Below, piece by piece: positions 1 through 8,512 of a stretch of 64,000 nt of DNA (position 1 is the first letter of the stretch; each line of letters begins with the position of its first letter). The DNA is from a virus: positions 1 through 64,000 of the IMG/VR virus record IMGVR_UViG_3300010413_000020; one strand, 5' to 3'. The notes beneath the pieces were generated by a model that did no database searches, was not told the DNA's origin, and was given only the letters and a program-made list of their open reading frames with translations. The position numbers and the translations under genes are program-made.

Positions 1-10
1 GTCCGCACCC

Positions 11-46
11 GGCCATGTAATCTTCCCTCGGTTCATGGCCTTTTTT
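11..46 (+). terminator. possible intrinsic terminator
   Basis: GGCCATG(11-17)/CATGGCC(34-40) stem with a long loop, followed by TTTTTT, at the end of a minus-strand gene. Confidence 0.4.
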
Positions 47-332
47 ATTGGGGGTGATGTATCCGGCCTAATAATTCTGCAAGAGGGTCAACTACTACAT
101 CCGAAATAGCCTCATTTGCTTCCAAAGGTAATTCTTTAAGTCGATCTATTAATTCGAGACTTTTCTCTTGTATAGCTTTTGGGTCACTAATCCCTTCTCG
201 TATTAATTGTGCGCCAATCCCAGCTATTTTTAACAGATAAAGTGTGTCCTCTACTCCTTGGTTAAAGGAGCGTTGATTAGGCAATGTTGTGTGAACCATA
301 ATCTCACCTGTGATTTTATCATCCATGTCCAA
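45..332 (-). CDS. hypothetical protein (start uncertain)
   Basis: 95-aa ORF; 5' part overlaps the upstream gene by 82 nt. Confidence 0.45.
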   Translation of the reverse strand: MDMDDKITGEIMVHTTLPNQRSFNQGVEDTLYLLKIAGIGAQLIREGISDPKAIQEKSLELIDRLKELPLEANEAISDVVVDPLAELLGRIHHPQ

Positions 333-814
333 AGATAGTTCGGACCTGTCATTTGTTCAATGTAAAAATCGAGTTTAGGTTTTCGGCCTAATTCCAACCA
401 AGTATACCAGGAGACTCGATAGGCTTCTCGTTCAAATTTCCATCTGAAATAAGCAAAACCAATTGGTAATGGAATGAAGAGATAGAGTATCGAGAATAAA
501 AGAATTCCCACAGTAGGACAAGAAGGACACAGACTCAGTGCTTGTTTGACATGTTTAATTTCATGATTTAAAACTACATAATCTCCTTCATCTACTTTAT
601 TTATATTCCATCCAAAAGGGTAGTAAATTGTCCTTCCTAAAGTTGTTGTGTAATTCGTTAGGAAAGTATTCATTTTTCCAAAAGTTACTATTTTGAGGAA
701 TTTGTCGATGATAAGCCATAACCACTTGAGTTCTTTATCTTTACTGGTTACTCTTACCCCATATTTTTTATGTGCTTTGCTTAATGTATTTTCGAAACGT
801 GTTGTGATAGACAT
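251..814 (-). CDS. putative zincin-like metallopeptidase, membrane-associated
   Basis: HEIKH (HExxH) plus downstream FEREAY glutamate and a hydrophobic segment; start moved to ATG 814, which has an AAGGAG RBS. Confidence 0.6.
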   Translation of the reverse strand: MSITTRFENTLSKAHKKYGVRVTSKDKELKWLWLIIDKFLKIVTFGKMNTFLTNYTTTLGRTIYYPFGWNINKVDEGDYVVLNHEIKHVKQALSLCPSCPTVGILLFSILYLFIPLPIGFAYFRWKFEREAYRVSWYTWLELGRKPKLDFYIEQMTGPNYLWTWMIKSQVRLWFTQHCLINAPLTKE

Positions 815-897
815 CGTTAATCTCCTTTTTGTGTATAAATTATAGGCTTTGTCTATGGTATGAGAAAGAAGACAACGATTTGTAAAGGAGAACTTTG

Positions 898-1533
898 ATG
901 GATAAAATGGACGAACAGGTTTTAGTATTTCCTGCATGTTACCAACAGCATTTAATCGGGCTTCCTGGTTTAGTCGCCAATAAGGATGAACCAGGAAATT
1001 GGGAAGCTTTCGTTAAAGAAATTGCCCCTCATTTAAGATTTATGCGTAGAGGTGATGTAGAAGAAGACCCCACAATAAATCAGGTTATACCTTATGTTGT
1101 AATACATGATGGTAATCAGAAAATTCTTGTGTACAACCGTGGGAGCAAAGGAGGTGAGCCCCGATTGTCCGACAAGTGGAGCATTGGTTTTGGAGGACAT
1201 ATCAATATTGAAGATATGCCTGGGTGTAAAGCAGAGGCGGACATTATTCTAGTAGCGGGCACTAGAGAAGTAATGGAAGAATTGGAAGGGGCTAGTCCTG
1301 AGACAATGGACGATACTCTACAATTTTTAGGTTTTTTATTTATGGATAAAACTCCCGTAGATGCTGTACATTTTGGAGTAGTTTTATCTGTAGAGTGTTA
1401 TCAACCTGAGAGGTTAAAACCAACTGACGAAGCCACTCAACTTGTTTGGGAAAAACCGGAAGATTTAACAGAATACCAATTGGAAAATTGGTCAACAATG
1501 GTGCGAGATAAACTTTTACTAGGAGGAAAGTAA
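898..1533 (+). CDS. NUDIX-family phosphoesterase (COG4112-like)
   Basis: EEDP..QVIPY, Y.RG..GGE.RL...SIGFGGHIN and REVMEEL Nudix box; AAGGAG RBS. Confidence 0.85.
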   Translation: MDKMDEQVLVFPACYQQHLIGLPGLVANKDEPGNWEAFVKEIAPHLRFMRRGDVEEDPTINQVIPYVVIHDGNQKILVYNRGSKGGEPRLSDKWSIGFGGHINIEDMPGCKAEADIILVAGTREVMEELEGASPETMDDTLQFLGFLFMDKTPVDAVHFGVVLSVECYQPERLKPTDEATQLVWEKPEDLTEYQLENWSTMVRDKLLLGGK

Positions 1534-2504
1534 TGCACAAAATTTTGTATCATATGGACCCCGATGGATATGCTTCAGGGGCTATCGTGGCAACTACTTT
1601 AATACGTCATGATATTCCGGAGGAAATGATAGAATTTCATCCCATTAATTACGGGATGGAACTTCCAGAAATTGATTATGATAGTGACCTAGTTTACATG
1701 GTCGATTTTTCATTACAGCCTGACAGTGTAATGAAGGAATTCTGTGATAAGTTAGGTGAACGCTTAGTCTGGATTGACCATCATGACACTGCTATTGCTG
1801 TAGAATCGGAATATGGTTTGCAAGGCGTCCGGGGATTAAGGGCTGTTACCTTCCGGGATTTAGGCCAAGTGGATGATGATCGGAAGGTTGCGGGATGCGA
1901 ACTTACTTGGCGGTATTTCTTTGAAGAAAAAATTCCTGAATTCTTAGAGCTCATCGGAGAGTGGGATACCTGGCGTTGGAAGGATATGGAGTTTTCACAT
2001 GCGCCTCTTATGATATTCTTCCTAAAGAGTGGGGACTACAGTCCGAAACGAAACTTCAACTGGTGGCAGACGCATATCAATCTGGCATTGGAATTTCCCG
2101 AAAGTGCAGAGACGTTGCTCCATGACGATTGGCTTCCTAAAGGTAGCGCTCTTAAGGATTATCAGAAATCCCAAGACAAAGGTTTGATGTTTTCCAAAGC
2201 TTTTGAGTGCAAATTCGCGGGGCTATCCGCTATTGTGGTAAATCAAATTGGGAATTCGGAGATGTTTCAGGAATTATATGACCCAAAGAAACATGACTTA
2301 ATGGTCGGCTTCCAACTGATTAAAGGCCGCTATTGGACTGTCAGTTTATATTCCGCGACTACCGACCGAATTCATTGTGGTGAACTGGCAAAAAAATTGG
2401 GGAATATGGGACCAAGACCTTCTGGTGGAGGACATGCAGGAGCCGCAGGATTTCAAACGGATTGGGATTACCTTTGGTCACTAATTACTCTTATTGAAGA
2501 GTAA
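1533..2504 (+). CDS. DHH/DHHA1-family phosphoesterase
   Basis: YH.DPDG, VDFS, WIDHH and GGGHAGAAG motifs. Confidence 0.9.
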   Translation: MHKILYHMDPDGYASGAIVATTLIRHDIPEEMIEFHPINYGMELPEIDYDSDLVYMVDFSLQPDSVMKEFCDKLGERLVWIDHHDTAIAVESEYGLQGVRGLRAVTFRDLGQVDDDRKVAGCELTWRYFFEEKIPEFLELIGEWDTWRWKDMEFSHAPLMIFFLKSGDYSPKRNFNWWQTHINLALEFPESAETLLHDDWLPKGSALKDYQKSQDKGLMFSKAFECKFAGLSAIVVNQIGNSEMFQELYDPKKHDLMVGFQLIKGRYWTVSLYSATTDRIHCGELAKKLGNMGPRPSGGGHAGAAGFQTDWDYLWSLITLIEE

Positions 2505-2508
2505 GGAT

Positions 2509-2534
2509 AAGAGGGTCGCAAGGCCCTCTTTTTT
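2509..2534 (+). terminator. intrinsic terminator
   Basis: AAGAGGGTC-GCAA-GGCCCTCTT followed by a T run, between convergent genes. Confidence 0.8.
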
Positions 2535-2889
2535 ACCTTCGAGATTCTATTTCGCTAGTGGGCTCTGTAGAGGTGAATTTTCCCTTAACAAATCCGGCGA
2601 CATTTCCAACCATAGCAAAACCGCGGACAGCGATATCTGCTGCTGCTTGTTTCCCGAGGTAATACATCGTACTTACGCCCATCATAAAGACAAGGCCGAC
2701 CATAAAACTGGCAAGTGGCCAGCCCAGATTAGGCTGGGTTATCAGGGCCGTTATCCCCAGTGCTGTCATGAATATCTGTTGGATCAGCCACGCTTTGAAC
2801 TTTTTGCTCTGCATTGCTGTTTTTTCCGCTCGGGTCAGCATTTCCTTGCGGTGTTCCATTGTCTTCAGTTCTTTTTCCTCCGTTGTCAT
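2533..2889 (-). CDS. small membrane protein, possible holin
   Basis: Two hydrophobic helices, SKKF motif before TM1, charged termini; ATG 2889 with GGAGG RBS. Confidence 0.5.
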   Translation of the reverse strand: MTTEEKELKTMEHRKEMLTRAEKTAMQSKKFKAWLIQQIFMTALGITALITQPNLGWPLASFMVGLVFMMGVSTMYYLGKQAAADIAVRGFAMVGNVAGFVKGKFTSTEPTSEIESRR

Positions 2890-3649
2890 CTTTTTTTCCT
2901 CCTTGTTTTTGTCTCTCAAAAACTAACTTAGTCGTTTCTTGCCGAGTTTTGCGGATTGATGTTGCTCCTCTACATTCTTCACATCGTAATTCCAAGAGTT
3001 CGATTATTCCTTCCTCTTCATTAATCTGATATGAGAATTTTTCCGGAGCTAAACCATACGTTTTTACTGCGTGTTCCCATCGTTGATTTAACGCAGCCTG
3101 GGCTTTGGCAGTACAATCGGCCATTTCTTCTTTTAAACGCGCAGCTCTTTCTGTCTGCTCTTTTATTGTATTATGGAGTTCGAGCAATTTTTCATCTTGG
3201 TCAAAAAGACAGACAGTTCGTTTGCGTAATTGCTTTTTGCAATAACGGTTAGAGCGAATAGAAATGACGAGACCTTTCAGGAGGGTTTCTTCTGCCAGGG
3301 TGTCTTCAATGTCCTCAGATAACATGATAGCTTTCATTAAATCCTGCAGTTTTTTTGATTCTGCGGGTATAGGACAGTCTGTCAATGTCCGGAGTATTTG
3401 GATTCCCGCATCACCTTCAGGTAGTGGATTTTGCTGTTGCCTAGCAGCAGCACGCTGTGCGTGTTGAATGCCGGGTTGATGTAAAGCTCCTGGCATTATA
3501 GGAGCTGTGAGGCCGGTAGCTGCTACTCCTGGAGGAGGCGCTTGTCCTTCTGGTACTGCAATAACACCTGGAGGCATTTGTCCACTGCCTGCGAGTGCAC
3601 TCCTAATTTGTTTTACTAGTTCGGGGGAAAGATTTAGTGGATTTCCCAT
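2729..3649 (-). CDS. hypothetical protein (Pro/Gly-rich N-terminus, coiled coil)
   Basis: 306-aa ORF with GGAGG RBS. Confidence 0.7.
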   Translation of the reverse strand: MGNPLNLSPELVKQIRSALAGSGQMPPGVIAVPEGQAPPPGVAATGLTAPIMPGALHQPGIQHAQRAAARQQQNPLPEGDAGIQILRTLTDCPIPAESKKLQDLMKAIMLSEDIEDTLAEETLLKGLVISIRSNRYCKKQLRKRTVCLFDQDEKLLELHNTIKEQTERAARLKEEMADCTAKAQAALNQRWEHAVKTYGLAPEKFSYQINEEEGIIELLELRCEECRGATSIRKTRQETTKLVFERQKQGGKKDDNGGKRTEDNGTPQGNADPSGKNSNAEQKVQSVADPTDIHDSTGDNGPDNPA

Positions 3650-4097
3650 TGCTTTTTACCTCCAAGCTTTCTAGACAAACTTTCTCATAAAGAAAAAAGT
3701 TTGCTGCAGTTTTAGGGCCTATGGGGATTGTTGCCAGAACCTTATAGAATTTATCCGAAATGGTTTGGGGTTCCCCTATAACTTTGTAACCCATCCATCC
3801 AAAAAATTGAACAAAAATAACTGAATTAAATGCAAATTGTTGTGCGCAGATTCGAATAATGTCTTTTTCTTTAATAGCGGTATTTGAAGCTAAACGTGTA
3901 GCCGAATATTTACGGGATACATTCGTTATTGGATAGAGACTTGTAAGGGCTCCAATATGTTTATTGGATTTATACACACTTAAGACGGTTGATGCTCCAA
4001 CTATTTGACCTTCGGGATATTCGACTATTTGCCGGTCTTTGGGGTCATCCGGGAGAAGGTTCTCGAGTATGTTACTTCTTTCTTGTAAAGGAAGCAT
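3603..4097 (-). CDS. hypothetical protein
   Basis: 164-aa ORF; stop/start overlap with the kinase gene. Confidence 0.65.
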   Translation of the reverse strand: MLPLQERSNILENLLPDDPKDRQIVEYPEGQIVGASTVLSVYKSNKHIGALTSLYPITNVSRKYSATRLASNTAIKEKDIIRICAQQFAFNSVIFVQFFGWMGYKVIGEPQTISDKFYKVLATIPIGPKTAANFFLYEKVCLESLEVKSNGKSTKSFPRTSKTN

Positions 4098-4690
4098 TAT
4101 TTTATCCAGAGGCGGGGAATACGTAGATGCAATTCGTCTGCAAACGAAAGCATTGTGTCATTATTTGACAAGGTGAATGTAATATCCCTGGGGTTAATTA
4201 AATCTACAGACGTTTCGCTAGGATGATTTTGTACTTCTTTGGTCTCATGAGCAGAACTACCTTCTCGTAGGATTTTAATTAGAATACCCCCAAGTTCTAG
4301 AATTGCGTCTGCTTCATTAGGAAATCGTACATCAGGAACAACGATTCCAACTGCTTCTCTACATTGATGATCGGTATAGCGCTTAAGGGTGTCTGTTTTA
4401 TTGAAGTGCCATCCGTAAACGCGGCCTCTGAGTTTATTTGCCCAAACATCGGGACGATACTTTCGGGCAAAATCAGTACCCAATTCTTGGAGCATTCGTC
4501 GAACTTCTCCTGTTCGCTTTTCGCTGGGTCCCCAGAGAATGGCATCAGGAAGTTCCTCAAAAATATACTGAAGAGAAGCTTTGAGGGGATCTGCCATGGC
4601 AAAAGAGAGATAACCATGTTCTTCAAAAATACTTGCGGCAGTTCCCTTGCCTGAGTTTAGTTTACCTACGAGTCCTACTATTTTAATCAT
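4097..4690 (-). CDS. deoxynucleoside monophosphate kinase
   Basis: GLVGKLNSGKGT P-loop, ADPLK, R.MLQ.LGTD.AR, DVRFPNE typical of phage dNMP kinases; ATG 4690. Confidence 0.9.
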   Translation of the reverse strand: MIKIVGLVGKLNSGKGTAASIFEEHGYLSFAMADPLKASLQYIFEELPDAILWGPSEKRTGEVRRMLQELGTDFARKYRPDVWANKLRGRVYGWHFNKTDTLKRYTDHQCREAVGIVVPDVRFPNEADAILELGGILIKILREGSSAHETKEVQNHPSETSVDLINPRDITFTLSNNDTMLSFADELHLRIPRLWIK

Positions 4691-4976
4691 TGTCACCTTC
4701 CTCCTCATCGATGTCCGCAGTAAGGTCTTCGGAAACATTTTGTTGAACAGCGGCATCAAGAGGAATGAGAAGGAAACGTCGATTATTTTGTTTAGTGGCT
4801 ATTACGGGAATTTTAATACGATCCGTACCTAAGTCAATTGCTAATTTCTCTTCTTGAGAAACTTTGATGTTGTCTACCCAGACACCATCTGTGAGTAGGA
4901 GAGTGCCAGTATTGAGCGTAATATACCCCACAATACTTTCTTTCTTTTCCAAAAAAATAGCTCTTCCGTCTTCCAT
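4683..4976 (-). CDS. hypothetical protein
   Basis: 97-aa ORF with AAGGAG RBS. Confidence 0.65.
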   Translation of the reverse strand: MEDGRAIFLEKKESIVGYITLNTGTLLLTDGVWVDNIKVSQEEKLAIDLGTDRIKIPVIATKQNNRRFLLIPLDAAVQQNVSEDLTADIDEEEGDND

Positions 4977-5031
4977 GGGTTTCTCCTTTGTTATTAACGT
5001 ACATTAACAAACTTTAATAGACAAGGGAAAG

Positions 5032-5452
5032 CAAAAAAATTCTGTAGGTGTATTTACAGAATTTTTGTTGGAATGTTCACTACCTTGTTTTATGGGGCTG
5101 CCACCCCAGAGGCTGTCGGTCGAGGGGTATGTTTTGTGCGAAGCACAAGTTTAAGAGCCTAGCGTAGCGCTAGATTTACGTTGTAAATAAATCGTAGTGA
5201 CAATGTTGGCTTGGGGACCGGGATCGGGCCCAGTTTTCCTTCTTCTTGGTCTGAAAGACCAAAGTGAAAGATACTGGCGTAACGCCAGAGTACTTTAGTA
5301 AAGTAATCCCAACAAAGATTGCTATTAGCTGATTTCCGGCGAGCTCTTCCCTCGAGCTCCGCCCGGATGCGTGTCCCTCCGCCCGAAGGGCGAGAGGATA
5401 AGAATCTGTCGTAACGACAGTACTCTCAGTATTTGAAAGATTCCTAATAGCA
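5032..5452. other. structured non-coding element (hairpin cluster)
   Basis: About 480-nt gene-free gap with many short stems closing 3-nt loops, plus long-range complementarities. Confidence 0.65.
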
Positions 5453-5456
5453 TGTT

Positions 5457-6338
5457 TTATATTTTCAATTCTCCAAAAATTGGAATTGATCTTCTCAATA
5501 TTTTTAATCGGTAGTTAGGATGTTTCTGAGAACCCGGCCAATATAAAGAGGGTTGTTTGGTGTTATATATTTTTCCTCTATATGCCATTTCATCAAAAAC
5601 TTTCTGGACTCCTGGAACTACTGTAAGATATGAAGCAACTTCATTCCATTCAGTGTATCCCTTCCCGAGTCGTTTTACTATTTGGCCCACACCTAAATCG
5701 GCTAGCCGTCCGCGGAATGCAGGATGTTCAACTACTTTTTTGATTTCATCTAACGAGTGGCTTATGTGGTTAGGTGGACGTGTTAGTATTTTCTTTTTAT
5801 ACGCAAATTTACGAGGATGAAGCCCTATCGCACATCTATCAAAACGTGATTCTGAAATCATAAGTCCTACAGCTTCACGTATTGGAACACGTACATATTT
5901 ACCGGAACGCAATTTATATTCGGTTTTTTTATGAGCATTATTAATAGCTACAGCCCATTCTAGCGCAGCGTTGTGTATTTCTTCATTAGATTGATAGCGT
6001 TCTCCACACTCCCACCAAATCCCATGTTGGTTTTTCTTTACTAAATTGAAAATACCTTGGGCTAAGGTTATGTCTTTATCTCTATAAAGTGGTGCTTCTT
6101 CTTGTGGAGATTCCTCTGGTTGTTGTGATATTTCTGTTTTTTCCTCCTTTGATTCCAGGGTTGGTCGTTCTATTTCTTCCGGTGGCCCCGCATCTACATT
6201 CGGTATGTCCCCTACCCCCGCATCAATTTGGGGTAGAACTGTCGGGTCACTTGTTACAACCGGTTGTGGGTGTGCACACTTTAATAAAAGGAATAGACCG
6301 CCGAAACACATTAACAGATATTTGACTTTACCTACCAT
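5457..6338 (-). CDS. exported lysozyme-like/SLT-fold protein (putative lytic transglycosylase)
   Basis: N-terminal signal or lipobox-like LLKC; GLMISESRFD..A.G and DLGVGQI resemble SLT motifs I and II. Confidence 0.55.
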   Translation of the reverse strand: MVGKVKYLLMCFGGLFLLLKCAHPQPVVTSDPTVLPQIDAGVGDIPNVDAGPPEEIERPTLESKEEKTEISQQPEESPQEEAPLYRDKDITLAQGIFNLVKKNQHGIWWECGERYQSNEEIHNAALEWAVAINNAHKKTEYKLRSGKYVRVPIREAVGLMISESRFDRCAIGLHPRKFAYKKKILTRPPNHISHSLDEIKKVVEHPAFRGRLADLGVGQIVKRLGKGYTEWNEVASYLTVVPGVQKVFDEMAYRGKIYNTKQPSLYWPGSQKHPNYRLKILRRSIPIFGELKI

Positions 6339-6432
6339 GTAACCTCCTTTTTATCGAGCAATTAACTCTACCCCCGACTCGATATTTTAGGTGTATTGGA
6401 ATTATAGGATAGGAATGTGTTTTTGACTAGTT

Positions 6433-6795
6433 TTAGGGCTTATCTTTATTTTCGATGAACCATTCGAAAACTTTTTTGCATTGTTCATCATAGCGTTCTG
6501 GCCCACCTAACTCTTCTGGATAGAAGAATTTCATATTGAGATTTTCCAAATAGGTTGCAGCTATTAATTCTTCATGAGTAAGGCCGTGATCCGTAGCATA
6601 TGCCTTGTGAAATTCGTTAAAGGCATGAGCTGCTTTCCCTATTCGAAGCCATGCGGCTTCTTCGCTATGTTCTACAAAGCGCTCTTGCTGTCCTTCGAAT
6701 GTTTTTCCTTTGTGGACAGTATCAGGAGTTATTTCCTGCATATTACCTTCTTTATCAGGCATCTGAATTCGGGAAGTTCGTCGTCCATTACTCAT
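6433..6795 (-). CDS. hypothetical protein
   Basis: 120-aa ORF with AAGGAG RBS, overlapping the upstream stop. Confidence 0.7.
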   Translation of the reverse strand: MSNGRRTSRIQMPDKEGNMQEITPDTVHKGKTFEGQQERFVEHSEEAAWLRIGKAAHAFNEFHKAYATDHGLTHEELIAATYLENLNMKFFYPEELGGPERYDEQCKKVFEWFIENKDKP

Positions 6796-7054
6796 TTGAT
6801 TTCTCCTTTGCTGATGTACAGTGCGGGATTATCTGATCCTCATGTACTAAAAAGATAATGTGACGTCCAAAGGGTAATTCTTTTACTTTTGCTTTTGGGG
6901 GATATACATGTTTTCCTGGTTTATTACTTGCATAAACCGTTTGGGCTAAGCAGTGTCCCCGTTTTAATTTTTTGAATCCTCCTTCTTTGGTTCGTAAGGG
7001 TTTACGAATAGCATGATATAAAATACAATTACCGCATTTGATAGTATTTGACAT
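6788..7054 (-). CDS. small Cys-containing basic protein
   Basis: CGNC...C...C; GAGG RBS. Confidence 0.65.
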   Translation of the reverse strand: MSNTIKCGNCILYHAIRKPLRTKEGGFKKLKRGHCLAQTVYASNKPGKHVYPPKAKVKELPFGRHIIFLVHEDQIIPHCTSAKEKSNE

Positions 7055-7525
7055 TTAGGACCTCACTATGATCTTGGCTTTGTATTTGGCCAAAACGGTT
7101 TTGCTCGGAACATTAAGTAGTGCATGCGCCAATCTACGGTATGCTCCGTCTTCATTGTCAGGGGATGAACCTACATATATAATTAAGTGACCTACCGGGG
7201 TAGGTAATATCATTTCGTTTTCGTTTACGACAAATTCTTTATTTTTAGGAATTAGGCGTATTCCTTGTTGTTCCATTTCATCGCTAAATTTTTCATTTAT
7301 TTCTTTTACAATTGTACCTAGGCGTTCAGGTATTTTTTCAAATTCAATATCATCTAACTGGAGAATGTAAGACCCTCCGTCTAACCTAAAACTTGTACCA
7401 GCTCCTTCTGATAATCCTAGTTCTTCCGCGAGTGTTATCTTATCCCAAGCCCAACCCGTTTGTTGTGATTTAGGTGGCTTTTTAGGAGGTGGGGCAAACG
7501 GATTAAAAATTCCTTCTTTTGTCAT
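7055..7525 (-). CDS. hypothetical protein
   Basis: ORF in a tightly packed operon; ATG 7525 preferred. Confidence 0.65.
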   Translation of the reverse strand: MTKEGIFNPFAPPPKKPPKSQQTGWAWDKITLAEELGLSEGAGTSFRLDGGSYILQLDDIEFEKIPERLGTIVKEINEKFSDEMEQQGIRLIPKNKEFVVNENEMILPTPVGHLIIYVGSSPDNEDGAYRRLAHALLNVPSKTVLAKYKAKIIVRS

Positions 7526-7526
7526 T

Positions 7527-7757
7527 CTATAAACCCTTTTTAAGTAAGGGATCATGACAGTCGATATGTACTAATTCATATTCAGGGTAAAGATGAACTC
7601 CCGTTTCTCTTAAATTATCTGGATTAGGTCCTACCATCGCTACAATATTAGCGATACAGACTCGATGACCTGGGCCTAAAGGCCGACGACATTTTCCACA
7701 TGTATTGGTATCAACATGTGGATGTGCGTCTTCTGCTTGGAATTGGTCCCATGCCAT
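7527..7757 (-). CDS. small putative zinc-binding protein
   Basis: CGKC...HIDC; GAGGAG RBS. Confidence 0.65.
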   Translation of the reverse strand: MAWDQFQAEDAHPHVDTNTCGKCRRPLGPGHRVCIANIVAMVGPNPDNLRETGVHLYPEYELVHIDCHDPLLKKGL

Positions 7758-8140
7758 TATCGAACTCCTCTCAACCAGTCTTCCAACGCTCTTTTGGCAG
7801 CAGTTAAAAGCCAGTGGGTTTTTGTTGTGCGATGAGGAATAACGAATTTTTTTCTTTTCAAAGAAGGTTTGACAATTAAGTTTATTAAAGGGGGACTTTC
7901 CGGGTGGATATAACGTTTAATGAGGAGTTTTTCGATAGTACGATTACACGCGGTATTAACTGTTGTTTGTAAATCCGTTCCTTTAACGATAACGACTGCA
8001 GGCATGTTTTCCTTCATATACGGAAGGGTTAAACCTTTTTTAGGAAAGTCTGGGGAACGGAATTGAAACCAAGATACTGCGGCTACAAAAATATCCTTAT
8101 TGGATTCTTTTGTTACAGCAATTCCGGTTTCGATAAGCAT
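7757..8140 (-). CDS. hypothetical protein
   Basis: ORF; ATG 8140 preferred because the 8209 start lies inside the structured element. Confidence 0.55.
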   Translation of the reverse strand: MLIETGIAVTKESNKDIFVAAVSWFQFRSPDFPKKGLTLPYMKENMPAVVIVKGTDLQTTVNTACNRTIEKLLIKRYIHPESPPLINLIVKPSLKRKKFVIPHRTTKTHWLLTAAKRALEDWLRGVR

Positions 8141-8175
8141 AAAAGTAGTTTTGACGTTAACAATCGTTAATGTCA

Positions 8176-8328
8176 AGAGAAACCGCTCACACTTACTGTG
8201 AGAGGACATTGTTAGCTGATCAGATGGCCTCCCATGTCAGTGGTAGGGCGTAGCCCTGGCACCACTGCTGTTCAGGTACTGTAGTTGCTACAGAGTCCAG
8301 CGTAGTTCTAAGTGTGAGCGGAATCTCT
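8176..8328 (-). ncRNA. retron-like msr-msd non-coding RNA (candidate)
   Basis: 20-nt inverted repeat (8176-8195/8309-8328, 13-nt perfect core); on the minus strand CUUA-G...G-UAAG closes the stem; internal stem-loops. Confidence 0.65.
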
Positions 8329-8488
8329 AGTCTATTTTCTTTCCGAGGTCACGAAGATATTTTTTTGTGAACCGAACTTGTTGTCCACAGTATTTGCAGG
8401 TTCCCTTCTCACCGATTTTTGCAACAATTTTGCCATCGCATTTTGGGTTGGTGCAAAGAATGACTTTAGTTCCTGTTGGGCGTGCCAT
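8327..8488 (-). CDS. 53-aa zinc-ribbon protein (absent from the ORF track)
   Basis: MARPTGTKVILCTNPKC...CKYCGQQ...KKID*; AAGGAG RBS. Confidence 0.75.
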   Translation of the reverse strand: MARPTGTKVILCTNPKCDGKIVAKIGEKGTCKYCGQQVRFTKKYLRDLGKKID

Positions 8489-8512
8489 AATATATCTCCT
8501 TGTTAATGCCTG

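Noticed and set aside
2494-3467. Plus-strand ORFs 2494-2931, 2814-3029, 3031-3252 and 3264-3467
   Set aside because: Antisense shadows of better-supported minus-strand genes; the first crosses a terminator.
8141-8209. N-terminal extension of ORF 7757-8209
   Set aside because: It lies in the inverted-repeat arm and palindrome and has no RBS.
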